Shown here: piece by piece, positions 49,036 through 62,108 of the stretch
How positions within the stretch are numbered: the stretch's first letter is position 1
How the letters are laid out: every line of letters begins with the position of its first letter
Assembly: GCA_964016885.1 (NCBI GenBank)
Contig: OZ024749.1
Location: 34,906,001-34,970,000 of the forward strand
DNA: 64,000 bases
Direction: 5' to 3'
DNA from: Eledone cirrhosa
Taxonomy: Eukaryota
The notes under the pieces: model-generated
Database searches by the model: none
Told to the model about the DNA's origin: nothing
The model's input: only the letters and a program-made list of their open reading frames with translations
Program-made: the position numbers and the translations under genes

Positions 49036-50931
49036 CAGTACTCGCGACGTTGTTGTCTTTTGCTCTGGTGTTTGCTCCGTTGTTCACCCCCTCCTTTACA
49101 TTTTCTTTAATATTGTAACATTAAAGGAATATATCTTTCATTGTATCATCCTTTATGGTGTTACCGAAGCATTTGTAATGTTATTTATGTATATATTTAA
49201 AACATTTGTTATGTTATTCTACTGTAAATTTATTTATATGCTCTGTTTATACTTTCATTCTGAAGGAATTGCAAACGATTTGTAATGTTGTTTGTGCAAC
49301 TGTGAAACTTTTAAGCAAATTCGAAAGGGAAACAAATCGTGAAGGTCTTCTTCTGCATGTTTCAACATTTACTTCCCTTGGAATCTTAACACTATCTTAT
49401 TTCACTAAAATTATATTCCAGTGATATTTTCTTCACTGTGATTAATACCGCACTATTTCTATACGTCTATGACTGATTTTATAGTATTGCCTCTGTTTAT
49501 ATAGATAGAATACACTCTGTTAGTCTCCAAGGTAATTGTCCACTGCTCTCCGACTCAAATAGTTATTTAAAATTGTGAATATGATTAAAATATTGAATTT
49601 TTTCTTTTACTGGTTTCAAACATTAAACAGGGACTATGCAGGAGAATTGCCTTAGGGGGATTTCTTCGATCATATAAACCCTAGTACTTATTCTTTTCAT
49701 ATATGCTACTTATTATATCGATGTTTTTTTTTGTTTTATTTTTTGTCGAACCTCTATGTTACGAGACAAAAACAAATAAAAGCAACTTTAATGTTTAAAA
49801 TAAAAATGAATCATATTAAATCCATATAAATATATATATAGCAAAACCAACTGGTAAGAGACCCAAGGGTAGACCTCGACCAAGATGGTTGGATAACATC
49901 CATGAGCTTGACTGGTCACGCTTGGGGATCCAGCTGGAGGGAGTGTTTGAGAACTCTTCCCCCACGACCCTCTCAGGAATAAGTGGACGAAGAAAAAGGT
50001 GAGCCAAAATAATGACTACATTATTTAATGTTTCCTTCCTCTTAAAACATTAGTGTAGCCTAAGGAAGATTTGGCTGCTATTTCTAACAGTGTAATGACC
50101 ATAAGAGGTTTCCAAATTGTCATTTTGCTCATCCAAATTGTCTTTTTGCTCTTTAATGCGATTTTTTTTAAACATTAAAAGCCCTTTAAAATAATTTTTT
50201 TCTCTATTTTTAATAAGATTTTGCCATTTTATATATTTTCAAAATATTTATCACTATTTTAATTATTGAAATTTATAAATAGCTTCTAATACAGAAAATT
50301 TGATTTTAAATAAAATTTTCTACACTAAAAAAGATATAAATAGCTTCTCATTTTTTTTTTCCTATTATAAACTTTGAAATAATTTGAATATTTGAGATAA
50401 TTTTGATATTTTTCGAATGACAACTTTTATTTTGAATATTGAAAACATGAATATTTAAACCAAAGTTTAATTAAGTTGTACCGTCTCTCTTTCTCCCTCT
50501 CTCTGCCTCATCTTCATCCTGTCCTTCCTCATTCCCTTCATTTTCTTTTTTCGCCTCTTTTCCGTCTTCTTAAGAAGAGTTAGAGAAGAGAGGAAGAGAA
50601 GGAAAGACAGGAATGAGAGTAAGAGTAGGGGAAGAAGGAGAGGACGAAAGTAGAGGTAGAAGAGGAAGGTGAAGGGGAGGAAGTGTCATGGTTGTATGAT
50701 AAGGATGTTCCATTGCAAGAGAGAAAACAGGGAAACTGGCACATAGATGAGTGTCTATGTGTTTATCGGATGGGGAGGGCGAGAGAGATGGAGGCGATGA
50801 CAGTTAGGCTCCTCTGTATTCGAACCTGGTGTACGTGTATGTTTACTTCTACTCATTCGATATATATATTCATTCAATTCTATTGTAAAACTAATTCTTT
50901 GATTTATTCATCGAACCTTGTTTAACCTTTA

Positions 50932-50967
<36 letters not shown>

Positions 50968-51216
50968 AGGTGAGAGGGAGACATAAGTGTGTATGTTGAT
51001 CCAATTACAGATTTAACTACATTTATATAGAGAGAGGGGGAGTGAAGACATTATTATCATGAGTCAAAGGAAGGGTAAACAAATTGATCGCAATGAGATG
51101 CCCCCCCCCCCCCATATATATATAAATATATAGTAATAATAATAATAGTGTGCATATATATATATATCTAGGGAGTGTATATGAAGGAGTAACCAATCGT
51201 CCTTGTTATCCTTTCA

Positions 51217-51249
<33 letters not shown>

Positions 51250-51805
51250 CGTATGTGCGCGCACACACACACACATATATATATGTGTGTGTGTGTGTGT
51301 GCGCGCGCACATACGCACACACACAACACGCAAACAAATTATTATCGTCTGCAATATATTTCAAGATTTACTTCCCTTCCATTGTTAAATTATAACTCTT
51401 CAATGCCTGAATTTATAGTATTACCTCTGTTTGTATAGATACTACACACTCTGCTAATCTTCCAATGCTCTACCGACTCAAATATTTATGTAATGTTGTA
51501 CATGCAATTAAGATAGTTCTACTGGTTTCAGTCATTAGACTGCGGTCATGCTGGGGCATCATTTTAAAGGGATTTATTCCATCATATCAACAGCAGTACT
51601 TATTTTCTTCAAGTTTCGTACTTATTTTATCAATCATTTTTGTGTCGATCTGCTAGTTTTTCTTTTGGTTCTTTTCTCATTATTTTAATCGTCGAGGTTA
51701 ACTTTGCCTTTCATCCTTACGGGGTCGATATAATAAAGTACCAGTAATGCACTGAGTAATTGCTGGCCTTGTGCCAAAAATAGTAACAATTATTTTAATG
51801 GTATA

Positions 51806-52306
51806 GAAAAACACTCGTTGGGTTCTGTACGAAAAAAAATTTCTTCTATGTTTCTTCGTGTGATTTCAACTAATCTGACCTCCGACATGCTCACAATCGA
51901 CTTTTTTTCCTAAAAAAAAGTTGGTGGAGGTGAAGGACGACCCTCAAATTTTCCTAGCCTCGGAGTTTTTTGTTTTTCTTTTTTTACGTTTGTTTTCAAC
52001 CGATCTGACACCTGACTTACTCGCCAAAGACTCCTTTTTCCGAAAACGGAGGTGCGGAAGAAGGGAGACCTTCGGAGTTACAGATAAGCACCTCTGAACC
52101 GTTTGAATTTATAGAAAAGTACCCGCTGGGGATCTCTAGGACATTTTTATTTTTCCTAGGTTTTTTCGTGTTTCCAACTAATCTGATTTCCCCACGCCCT
52201 GCATTCCGTTTTCGGGGGGGAAATGTCAATCGCGAGCATGTCAGAGTTCAAATTAGTTAAAAACTAGAAGAAAAAAATTCTTAACGAACTCCAGCGGGTG
52301 TTTTTG
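51806..52306. mobile_element. ~500 bp MITE-like element with ~95 bp imperfect TIRs
   Basis: aaaaacactcgttggg...gacatgctcacaatcgac versus gtcaatcgcgagcatgtc...ccagcgggtgttttt. Confidence 0.6.
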
Positions 52307-52829
52307 TATAAATTTGCCTTTTTGATGAATGGAAATATATATAGAAATATACATATTCCTTTTATCACCATCTTTTCTTTCCCTTTTCCCCAAATCGCGA
52401 CATTATTTTAATATTATATTCGTGGTGTATATTCAATTAATTATTTTTCAATTTACGAAGGGACACATAAAATGTGTATATTCATATACTTATCCAGGCA
52501 GTTTTATTATATATATACAAATATTTATTTATCGTATATTTAAATACTGACCTAATGAATCCGTTTATGTTTTATTAAACATTTATATTTATATATCTCC
52601 TCTCTGTTACCTAGTGATAAAAAATATATTCCCAAATTACCTGCCATATGACAACACTTTAATATATTAATAATCATTTAAACTCCAATAATATGTTTAT
52701 TTCAAATAAAACTGGTCAAAACTGGTCTAAACAGGTTCAAACTGGTCAACATTGTTCAGTCTATTCTGGAGACATCTTAGAATACTTCTCTCTCAGTTTT
52801 ACTGAAATCTCTCTCTCTCTCTCTCTCAT

Positions 52830-53437
52830 GCACACAAATTATGGATCTAGCCTAAGGTGCTAAATACTGTGATACATATTGTAGAGCTATCCTAGAGTGC
52901 TAAATACCCAGACACACATTAAAAAGCTGTCCTATGGTACTAAATACAGAAGCACACATTTTAGAGTGAGCCAAGGATGCTTAATAATCACCCACACATT
53001 GTAGAGCTAGCTTAAGTTGCTAAATATCCTAGCACACATTGTAGATCTATCCTAGAGAGCTAAATACCCAGGAACCGACTGAAAGTTAGAATAGGGTGCT
53101 AAATACCCAGGCACATACTATAGAGTTAGAATAAGGTGCTAAATACCCAGGCACCTATTGTAGAGTTAGATTAGGGTGCTAAATACCGAAGCACATACCG
53201 TAGAGTTAGATTAGGGTGCTAAATAGCCAGACACATACTGTTGAGTTATCTAAGCACGTACTATTGGGTTAGATCAGGGTGCTAAATATCCAGGCACGTA
53301 CTGTAGGGTTAAAATAGGGTGCCAAATAGACAAGCACATACTGTAGAGCTAACTATCTAGGCACATTGTAGATTTAGATTAGGGTATTTATACCCAGATA
53401 CACACTGAAGAGTTAGAATAGGGTGCTAAATATCCAG
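52830..53437. repeat. ~40 bp diverged minisatellite
   Basis: gcacatactgtagagttagattagggtgctaaatacccag. Confidence 0.9.
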
Positions 53438-53893
53438 GAGCCATTTCTGACTGTTTCTTCTCTGTATAACAAAGGACAGAGATCAGTAGTAATTGTTGAC
53501 TGCCATAACAGCTAGAGTGACACCCCCAACAACTGGCTATACCAGTTACGGCAAGATGATGATGATGTGATTTCATATTGATTAACTTAATTATTGATTA
53601 TTTCATTACTCTGATTCACTACTTAATTTCTTTCCATATTATATATTTCCTCTGAAAACTTGGTCGTTGTTTCATCATGATCAAACATGTATGTTCCTGG
53701 TTGGTGACTCCTTCTTTATGTCTGACTGTCTATATGTATGTGTTTGCATATGTGTGTCTTTATATATGAATGTAGATATGTACGCATGTGTATACACATA
53801 TATACACACATACAAGCACAAACATATTTACATATATATAAATACATATAATATATGTATATATAATATATGTATATATATATATAATATATG

Positions 53894-53978
<85 letters not shown>

Positions 53979-54129
53979 TCACACATACATACACACACGC
54001 ATATATGCATTAGCACAGCCCTATTGATACCCTCGTAAATCATTAAACGATTTAATTGTCCTGATCTCTGGTTGATCAGTGATTGGTTTCCAAGATGTCA
54101 GCATTATTGTTATTATTATTAGCAATAAA

Positions 54130-54530
54130 TGATTTCTTTATTAGCCACAAAGGGTTGACATGAAGAAAACATTAAGGACAGAACAGGAATGATACAATGT
54201 TGGATTTTTCATGTACAAAATATGATAACAGAAACAACAAACATATAAAAACTAAAACAAAAAAATTCCCAAATATGGGGTGGGGTTGCGGAGGCACATC
54301 TGAAGGTTACTAGTGGAGAAAGCCCACAAATGGCCAGGACCTCCTAGCTGTCCTCCTCAAATCTACAGGTGCCACATCTACATGCTTGCCACGCTCATCT
54401 ACCTTTCAATAAGCTGGCTGGAAGGTAGCACTTCCCTCTCAAGCCTGATTTTCCTCTTCAAGTGAAACTTGAAAATGTTAATCAGGGCCTTGCCTAAGAA
54501 GAAAGTGTCTGTACCCAACCTTTGCAAGGA
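54130..54530 (-). pseudogene. Probable Tx1/L1-type LINE 3' remnant
   Basis: LINIFKFHLKRKIRLEREVLPSSQLIER* followed by a T-rich 3'UTR and aataaa-like end. Confidence 0.45.
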
Positions 54531-54739
54531 AACACAAATAAAACTGCTTCTAATCTAACATTAGTATGTAGTTGTGGCTATAGTGACAGTGGTGAGGCAA
54601 TGGAGTGTAATGATGGTAGTAGTGGTGTTGGTGGTGATGGTGACAGCGACATTGGTGGTAATCAGGTGCAGTGGTTGTGGTAGGGGAATACATGGACACA
54701 TCTACCTTCTGCTGCTACCTCCCTTAACATATATATATC

Positions 54740-55490
54740 AAGATTGCAAGGCAGTGTGTCAGGGAAAATTGTGATATTGATGGGGAGAAGTGTGTCTGGG
54801 ATGATAATAGTGTACTTGCCCTCACTTATGGTGAAAAGAAGGAAGGATAAAAGCACCACTATATAAGATTACTGAATGAGGAGAATGCATGTGAAAAAAA
54901 TAGTTTGCCCCAACAGAGGCACTGGCTATATAAGTCAGCAGTAGTATAGTAAGGCAATCAAGGATATGACAGGGAGGACAGATGGACCTTCAGGGATAGT
55001 TGTCAAGAGCTGGAATGGTGGGTCACAGCATAGATAAACCAAGTAATACAACATGGTGTCATACCCAATGACTGGCATAGAAGCAGCATCACCAACTGCT
55101 ACAAGGGCAAAGGAGATGCTCTAGACAAAAAAAAAAAGTATAGAGGTATTAAGTTGGTTGACTAGGATATTGCACAGCTGATTAGGGATTGAGTTAACCT
55201 AGATAGATGCAGTTTGGATTTTTGCCTTCTTCCTTGTCAGGCAACTGAAGAAGTACCTAGCTAAAGGTAAATGCCTCTACTTGGCTACTTGGCATTTGTT
55301 GGCCTGGAGAAAGTGTTTGACAACCCCCCCCCCCCCCCCCCCATTCCATTATGCTTTCTCAGTGTGCAGAAAAGGAGTAGGTAGAAACCAAGACAAAATC
55401 AGTCCTTTATGAGAACAATGAAACAGCTCTCATCTAACCCATGCTAGCACGGAAAATAGACATTAAACAGTGATGATGATGATGATGATA
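54740..55490 (+). pseudogene. Decayed RTE fragment (pre-RT/RT N-terminal region plus 3' tail)
   Basis: Aligns to 38030-38685 (gattgcaaggcagtgtgtcagg..., aactgctacaagggcaaagg...) with frameshifts. Confidence 0.85.
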
Positions 55491-55658
55491 TATATATATC
55501 ATGTATATATATGTATATATATATATATATGTATGTATATGTATGTGTGTATATATATATATGTATGTATGTATATATATAAAATAAATATATATATGTC
55601 TATATATATATATATATGTGTGGTGTGTGTTATATGTGTATATGTACATATGTGTTTG

Positions 55659-55690
<32 letters not shown>

Positions 55691-56424
55691 TATACACCAC
55701 AGCCTCACACCACCCACATATACCAGACAAAGGTAGGTTTATGAAGTTGTTCAATCACAACTGACCTTAACACATGCCTCAACATGTCCAATAAAACCAG
55801 TTGATCCAAATGGCCTCATGGCTTGTTCATTAGATTTTTCACTGAAATCCATTTTCATGTTATAAACAAACTCTAAATTATGTACACATATATATGTATA
55901 TACCATCATCATCACCATCACCATTTAACGTCCATTTTTCCATGCATGGGTTAGACGATTTGTCCCATCAGGAGACAAATCAGGTCAGATGACTGTGTCT
56001 TGCTCATACAGAACTGTTTTAGGCTTGGTTTCTATGGCTGGATGCCCTTCCTAATGCCAATGACGTTTACAGTGTAGACTGGGCGCTTTTTATCATGGCG
56101 CCAAAATGGCCACTTTATTGTGTGGACTGGGTTCTTTTTGTCACGTCACCAACATAACCACTTTACAGTGTGAACTGAGCACTTTTTGTCATGGCACCAA
56201 AACTACTTTACAGTGGGGACTGGCCACGTTTTGTTGTGTCACCACAAAACTCTGTATATCCTGTGAGAATAGATACACTGTATCCCTGCATGTCATAAGA
56301 AGTACCTAAAAGGGTTAGTGTCAAGAAGTCCTATCCAAGCCATGCCAGCATTGAAGAGCAGATTTAAAAGTGATGTTGTTGTTGATGATGATATATATAT
56401 ATATATTGATCATAAAGTAAGTAT

Positions 56425-56754
56425 ATCATCATCACTTTACATCCGCTTTTCCCTGCTTGCAAGGGTGGGACGGGAACTGATTCTGGCTTGATTTCTACAG
56501 CTGGATGCCCTTCCTAACACCAACCTCATTTACAGTGTGGGCTGGGTGCTTTTTTGCCATGGCACTTCCACGACCACTTTGCAGTGGAATGATAGGGACC
56601 CCAGTCCCTATCTCATTTCTACAGCTGAGTAAACTGGAGCAATGTGAAATAAAGTGTCTTGTTCAAGGAAACAACACATCACCTGGTCCAAGAATTGAAC
56701 TCACAACCTTTCAGTTGCAAGGCCAATGCTCTAACCACTAAGCCATGTGCCTCC
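56425..56754 (-). mobile_element. Full-length tRNA-derived CORE-like SINE with RTE-derived 3' tail
   Basis: Head with A box (tggcttagtgg) and B box (gagttcaattc); CORE-like tccttgaacaagacactt; tail matches RTE 3'UTR 39936-40090; ends in (gat)n. Confidence 0.85.
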
Positions 56755-56781
56755 ATTTCCTTATATATATATAAGGAAAGG

Positions 56782-56825
<44 letters not shown>

Positions 56826-59327
56826 CTTGTGTCACTGACTAACCTTGGGTTTGCCTTTCAGTGACACAAGCCTGAGTAATGTATTTTGTTAAAGACCACT
56901 CATTCGTGGTAGTCTCTGTTCTCGATGATATCAATGTTGTTCAAGAGAAAGGCAAAAGCTGATACAGCTTGGCACTGGGTGTCATTGCAACTCATTTTTT
57001 TCCTGCTGTGTGAAGCAACATGATACAAAGTGATTTGCTCAAGAGCACAAGGTGCTGCCTGGTCTGCAAACTGAACTCACAACTTCACAATTGTGAACCC
57101 AGTTCTCTAACCTCTATGCTATGCACCTTCACTAGTGTGTAGAATGAATATTAAAATGTGTCTGCCATTCACATTTGAGCCACGGCTTAGCTTTAACTAT
57201 CAGACATGAAATATGTGCGAGTTGACATTTCACAGCAGGTCAAAGTATGATTTACCATCAATAACCGTAATATCTGTTGACTAACAATTAGTGTATGGTG
57301 GTTCAACTTTGAAATATCATTTATACTTAATTCTTCAATCAAAGCATCATCGTTTCACCGGAAGTCAACAATATAAGATAAAAGGAACAAGAATTAGGCA
57401 AACTGTTATCAGGTTCAATAATGATATTGGATATAAACCTGATTTCATCTTTAACAAGTTATTTTGTGATGCATGTCCAGGCCTGACATATTGCAAATGG
57501 AGGGGGTCTGTGGGGAAACAATTGTTATTAACAGAATAGAGATGGCATGTTAAAGAAAGACAGGGACAGATATTGGATCACAGTGTAAATAGGGAGAAAC
57601 ACATTGGAGTGGTCATGGTGCTGCTGCTGTGTATGTGTATGTGTGTATATATATGTGTGTGTGTATTAGTCCAACCCCTGCATGCATGGAAATACAGATG
57701 TAAAATGATGATGGTAATGATATATATACACACATATATATATAGTAATAATAAATACAAAGACCGAAATCCAAAGAAAGTTTGATAAAGATTCTATATA
57801 TACATAAAAGTATATATAAACCTGTAGAGCAAATATTTATTATTAGTACAGATTAAAGTTTAAGCTAAGAATTTCTGCTTTCACCCTATACTGGATCTTC
57901 TGAAACTCTCTTCCTCTATATATATATATATATACACACATATATATATATACATGTTGGTATCACAACATCCAGTCCAAAATAAATGAGGTCATGTAGG
58001 TGTCACGAAAAACACACAGTCCATGCTGTAATGTGGCCGTGTAGGTAACACGGTAAAAACCTCCCAGTCCACACTGTAAACATGGTTGGTGTTAGGAAGG
58101 GCATCCAGCCATAGAAAATCCGCCAGACAGTCCTATACGAGCAGGACAACCAATCTTGCCTCAAGTGGGAAAACTCCCGTCCAAACCCATGCAAGCGTGG
58201 AAGATGGACGTTAAATGATGATGATGATGATGATGATGATGATACATTTCATCATCATCACTGTTTTACGTCCGTGCTTCCACGCTAGCATGGGTTAGAT
58301 GGGTTGTCCTGTTGTGGGCAGTGTCATGTCGGCTGACCTTGTCTTGCTCATACAGGAACTGATTCTGGCTTGATTTCTACAGCTGGATGCCCTTCCTAAT
58401 ACCAACCTCATTTACATCATCATCATTTTACGTCCGCTTTTCCCTGCTTGCAAGGGTTGGACGGGTCCTATATATATAGGGAGGGATCATAATCATGATT
58501 GTGGTGATAATCATTTTCACATTACTTTTTCCATGCTAGCAGGGATTCAATAGATTGTTATGGACTGAGTCCAATATTCATTTGGAGGTACTTGGTATGG
58601 TTTTAGACCTGGCTGCCCTTCCTAATACCAACCATTAAACAGGGTGTACTGTGTACATTTTATCATTGCACCAGCACTAGAGAAGTTGTCATATCCTTCA
58701 CAAGTTGACAAGACTAAAGTGGTTAACTTCATTTGACATGGTTAAATAATCTTGGAGATGTCAGGAATTTGACAAACCTGTGAAAACAATGGTATCAACC
58801 ACTTCCTCCAGATCAAACCAATACAATAAACTCTCCTTAAAATTTCCATTCTTCCTATATATGAAATATATAATACACTATTCTTTAATTCTTGTAATGA
58901 TTTCAATTATTAGACTGTGGACATGCTGTAGCACCACTTTAAAGGGATTTACTGTCATATCAACCTCATTTCTTTATTTTTCAAGTCTAGTACTTATTTT
59001 ATAAATCACATTTTTGTTGAAGTGCTAAGTTATGGGACATAAACAGACACCGACATAATCACACACACACACTTATGTATGTATGTATGAATCTATATAT
59101 GTGTGTGTGTATATTGTTGTAATATATGTGTATATATATATATAGTAGACCTCAAGCTGTGGTGTCTGTCCTAAATAGAAAGTTAATCATAGTTATAAAG
59201 GTTACTTTCTTCTCAACTTTCTTTGTCTTATCAAGTGCATGTGTGCGTTGTGTTTAATTACTGGCTACCGATATTGGATTCTATGTTTGGTACTTCACTA
59301 TTGTCGGTATCCTTAAGAAGCAGGGTG

Positions 59328-59934
59328 TTAATAATAATTGTTTCTACTTTAGGCACAAGGCCAGCAATTACCCAGTACATTACTGGTACTTTATTTTATC
59401 GACCCTGTAAGGATGAAAGGCAAAGTTAACCTCGCCGGGATTTGAACTCAGACCATAAACTATGCTGGAAAGCATGGTGTCTGACTCTCTACCGATACTG
59501 CCAATCCAATAATAATAATGATTTCTAGTATAGGCGCAAGACCAGTAATTTGGGAGGAGGGGAAAGTCGATTAAATCGACCCTAGTACGTGACTAGTACT
59601 TTATTTTATCAACCACGTAATGATGAAAAGCAAAGTTAACCTCAGCAGGATTTGAACTCAGAACGTAAAAGACTGCAACTCTATGCTGCAAAGCATGGTG
59701 TCTGATGCTCTAACGATTCTGCCAATCCACCGCCCGATAATAATAATAATAATTGTTTCTACTTTAGGCACAAGGCCAGCAATTACCCAGTGCATTACTG
59801 GTACTTTATTTTATCGACCCCGTAAGGATGAAAGGCAAAGTCAACCTCGGCGGGATTTGAACTCAGATCGTAAAGGGACGTAACTATGCTGGAAAGCATG
59901 GCGTCCGACCCTCTACCGATACTGCCAATCCACC

Positions 59935-59965
<31 letters not shown>
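59328..59965 (-). mobile_element. Three tandem tRNA-derived SINE copies (Meta-domain-like); relatives at 29045-29160, 29490-29920 and 51690-51790
   Basis: gagttcaaatcccgccgaggttgactttgcctttcatccttacggggtcgataaaataaagtaccag motif; (aat)n tails. Confidence 0.75.
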
Positions 59966-59966
<1 letters not shown>

Positions 59967-60720
59967 TTGCCCTAGGTGACAGGAAGACTCAGCATATATC
60001 AGAAACAATACTGAAGGAAAAGGAAAAAACAATAAAAATAATAATAATAAGGAGCAGGAATGAACTATCAATATAACATCAATATTCACATGTGATGCGT
60101 GTTTCATGATTGATCAGCTCAAGGTATGACTGGTAGTGATCAGGGATGACTCTGGAATTGATAGCTCATCAAATTTATGGATTCTTGAATATATTTATAT
60201 ACCGGGTAAGCCTTTTCAAGGGTGTAGTTATTACTAGGCTTGCTGAACACAGGCCAAAACCACTTGGTGCTGCAATCGGGATTTTACATCTCTCTCCCTC
60301 TCTCTCTCTTTATATATATATATATATTAATTAAAAAGTCATTGGTCTCTAATAATTAGACATCTCAATGAATTGATAAAATATCACTCAAAGAAGCAAT
60401 TTTACATATTAAACTTATGCCAAACCTCAATTTAGAGGAGTATAAGTCAGATAAACTAAAATGGTAAGGAGACGATTATATGAATCAAACAACAGCGGAC
60501 GTTAAAACAATCCTCGATACAGAGTACTCCTAACCCCTACTTGGATTGCCTTAAACGATATCTTGTTAACTTAAATATAAATATATATATATATGTAGGA
60601 GGTGAGTTTTATTGTAGTACAATAAAGCAATGCAGATATCGGATAAGAAGCACTCTACAGTTTGTAGGACTGGAGTATACATAATATAAGATCAAAAGAT
60701 GGTTAAAGGAGTTCCATGTA

Positions 60721-60787
60721 TTTTATTATGCGCATTTCAAAAACAAACATCATCATGCAATAATATTTGTGTTTTCATCAGATAAAA
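60721..60787 (-). ncRNA. Mirror copy of the same type I hammerhead
   Basis: Exact reverse complement of 60861-60927 within a 137 bp-arm inverted repeat. Confidence 0.8.
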
Positions 60788-60860
60788 CAGGAGAACATGA
60801 TATGAAGGCTAAAAAACACTTGTGGATAGTGTTTTTTAGCCTTCATATCATGTTCTCCTG

Positions 60861-60927
60861 TTTTATCTGATGAAAACACAAATATTATTGCATGATGATG
60901 TTTGTTTTTGAAATGCGCATAATAAAA
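60861..60927 (+). ncRNA. Type I hammerhead ribozyme motif with palindromic stem III
   Basis: UUUUAU-CUGAUGA-[long stem II AAACACAAAUAUUAUU gcau GAUGAUGUUUGUUUUU]-GAA-AUGCGCAU-A^AUAAAA; complete core; stem I pairs. Confidence 0.82.
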
Positions 60928-60957
60928 TACATGGAACTCCTTTAACCATCTTTTGAT

Positions 60958-61008
<51 letters not shown>

Positions 61009-61180
61009 TATTATATATATATATATATATATATTCTATTATATATATATATATATATATATTCTATTATATATATATATATATATATATTCTATTATAT
61101 ATATATATATATATATATTCTATTATATATATATATATATATATATTCTATTATATATATATATATATATATATATATTC

Positions 61181-61214
<34 letters not shown>

Positions 61215-61947
61215 TATTAGATATATATATATATCTAATAGAATACCTATCTACCCAACTATAGTGTACATTGTGTATATATATAAAATTAAATACCAAT
61301 ATACCCAACTATAGTGTACATTATGTGTGTGTATATATATATATATATCATATGAAATATCAATATATCTAACTAGAAAGGTGATCAAGAATTAACAGTT
61401 CACACACACACACAAAAAATGCTGTTTCACATTTAATCCAATTTGGGGAAAACAATTATTGACGTTTGGAAAGCTTGCACATGTCAATATGGTGCTGGGG
61501 TAAAACTTACCAGATGACATTCAAAATGGGGGGAGATTGAGGAAACCTGGGATTACAATGAGAACGTGACCGGGGTCTTTGAGAACCACTGGAATTGTAG
61601 ATAGGTGTCTTAGTAATCTTCCTTGATGTGTCAAAAACTAATTTTTATTTGAGAAAATAGAGACGCATAAAGAGGGAGCACATTATAGAGTTAGCCTAGG
61701 GCGCTAAATACTTAAATATTTTGAAAATAGCTCTTAATAAATTCTTAAATAATTTCTCTAGTCAAACTGAATGTTAACTACTGGACAGTTGAAAACGCGT
61801 TACCTCCCTTGCATTATATTTGCGGTCATATCGAAATTGTTCCGTCAGTGTTCCGGAGAGTGTGATTGAATTTTTGTCAATGGAATGTTGCAACTAGCTG
61901 CGTAAAAGAAGGAGACCAGCTGCTGCTGCAGTAAATGCTTTGATGCG

Positions 61948-61991
<44 letters not shown>

Positions 61992-62061
61992 GTAGAACAC
62001 TGAGTGGTTATATCCGTAGTAGTAGTAGAGCACTTAGTCCATAGGACGAGTTCAGTAGATA

Positions 62062-62108
<47 letters not shown>

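Larger units (their letters stand above)
60684..60964. repeat. Perfect inverted repeat, 137 bp arms, 7 nt spacer (tgtggat)
   Basis: 60684-60820 is the reverse complement of 60828-60964. Confidence 0.95.
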
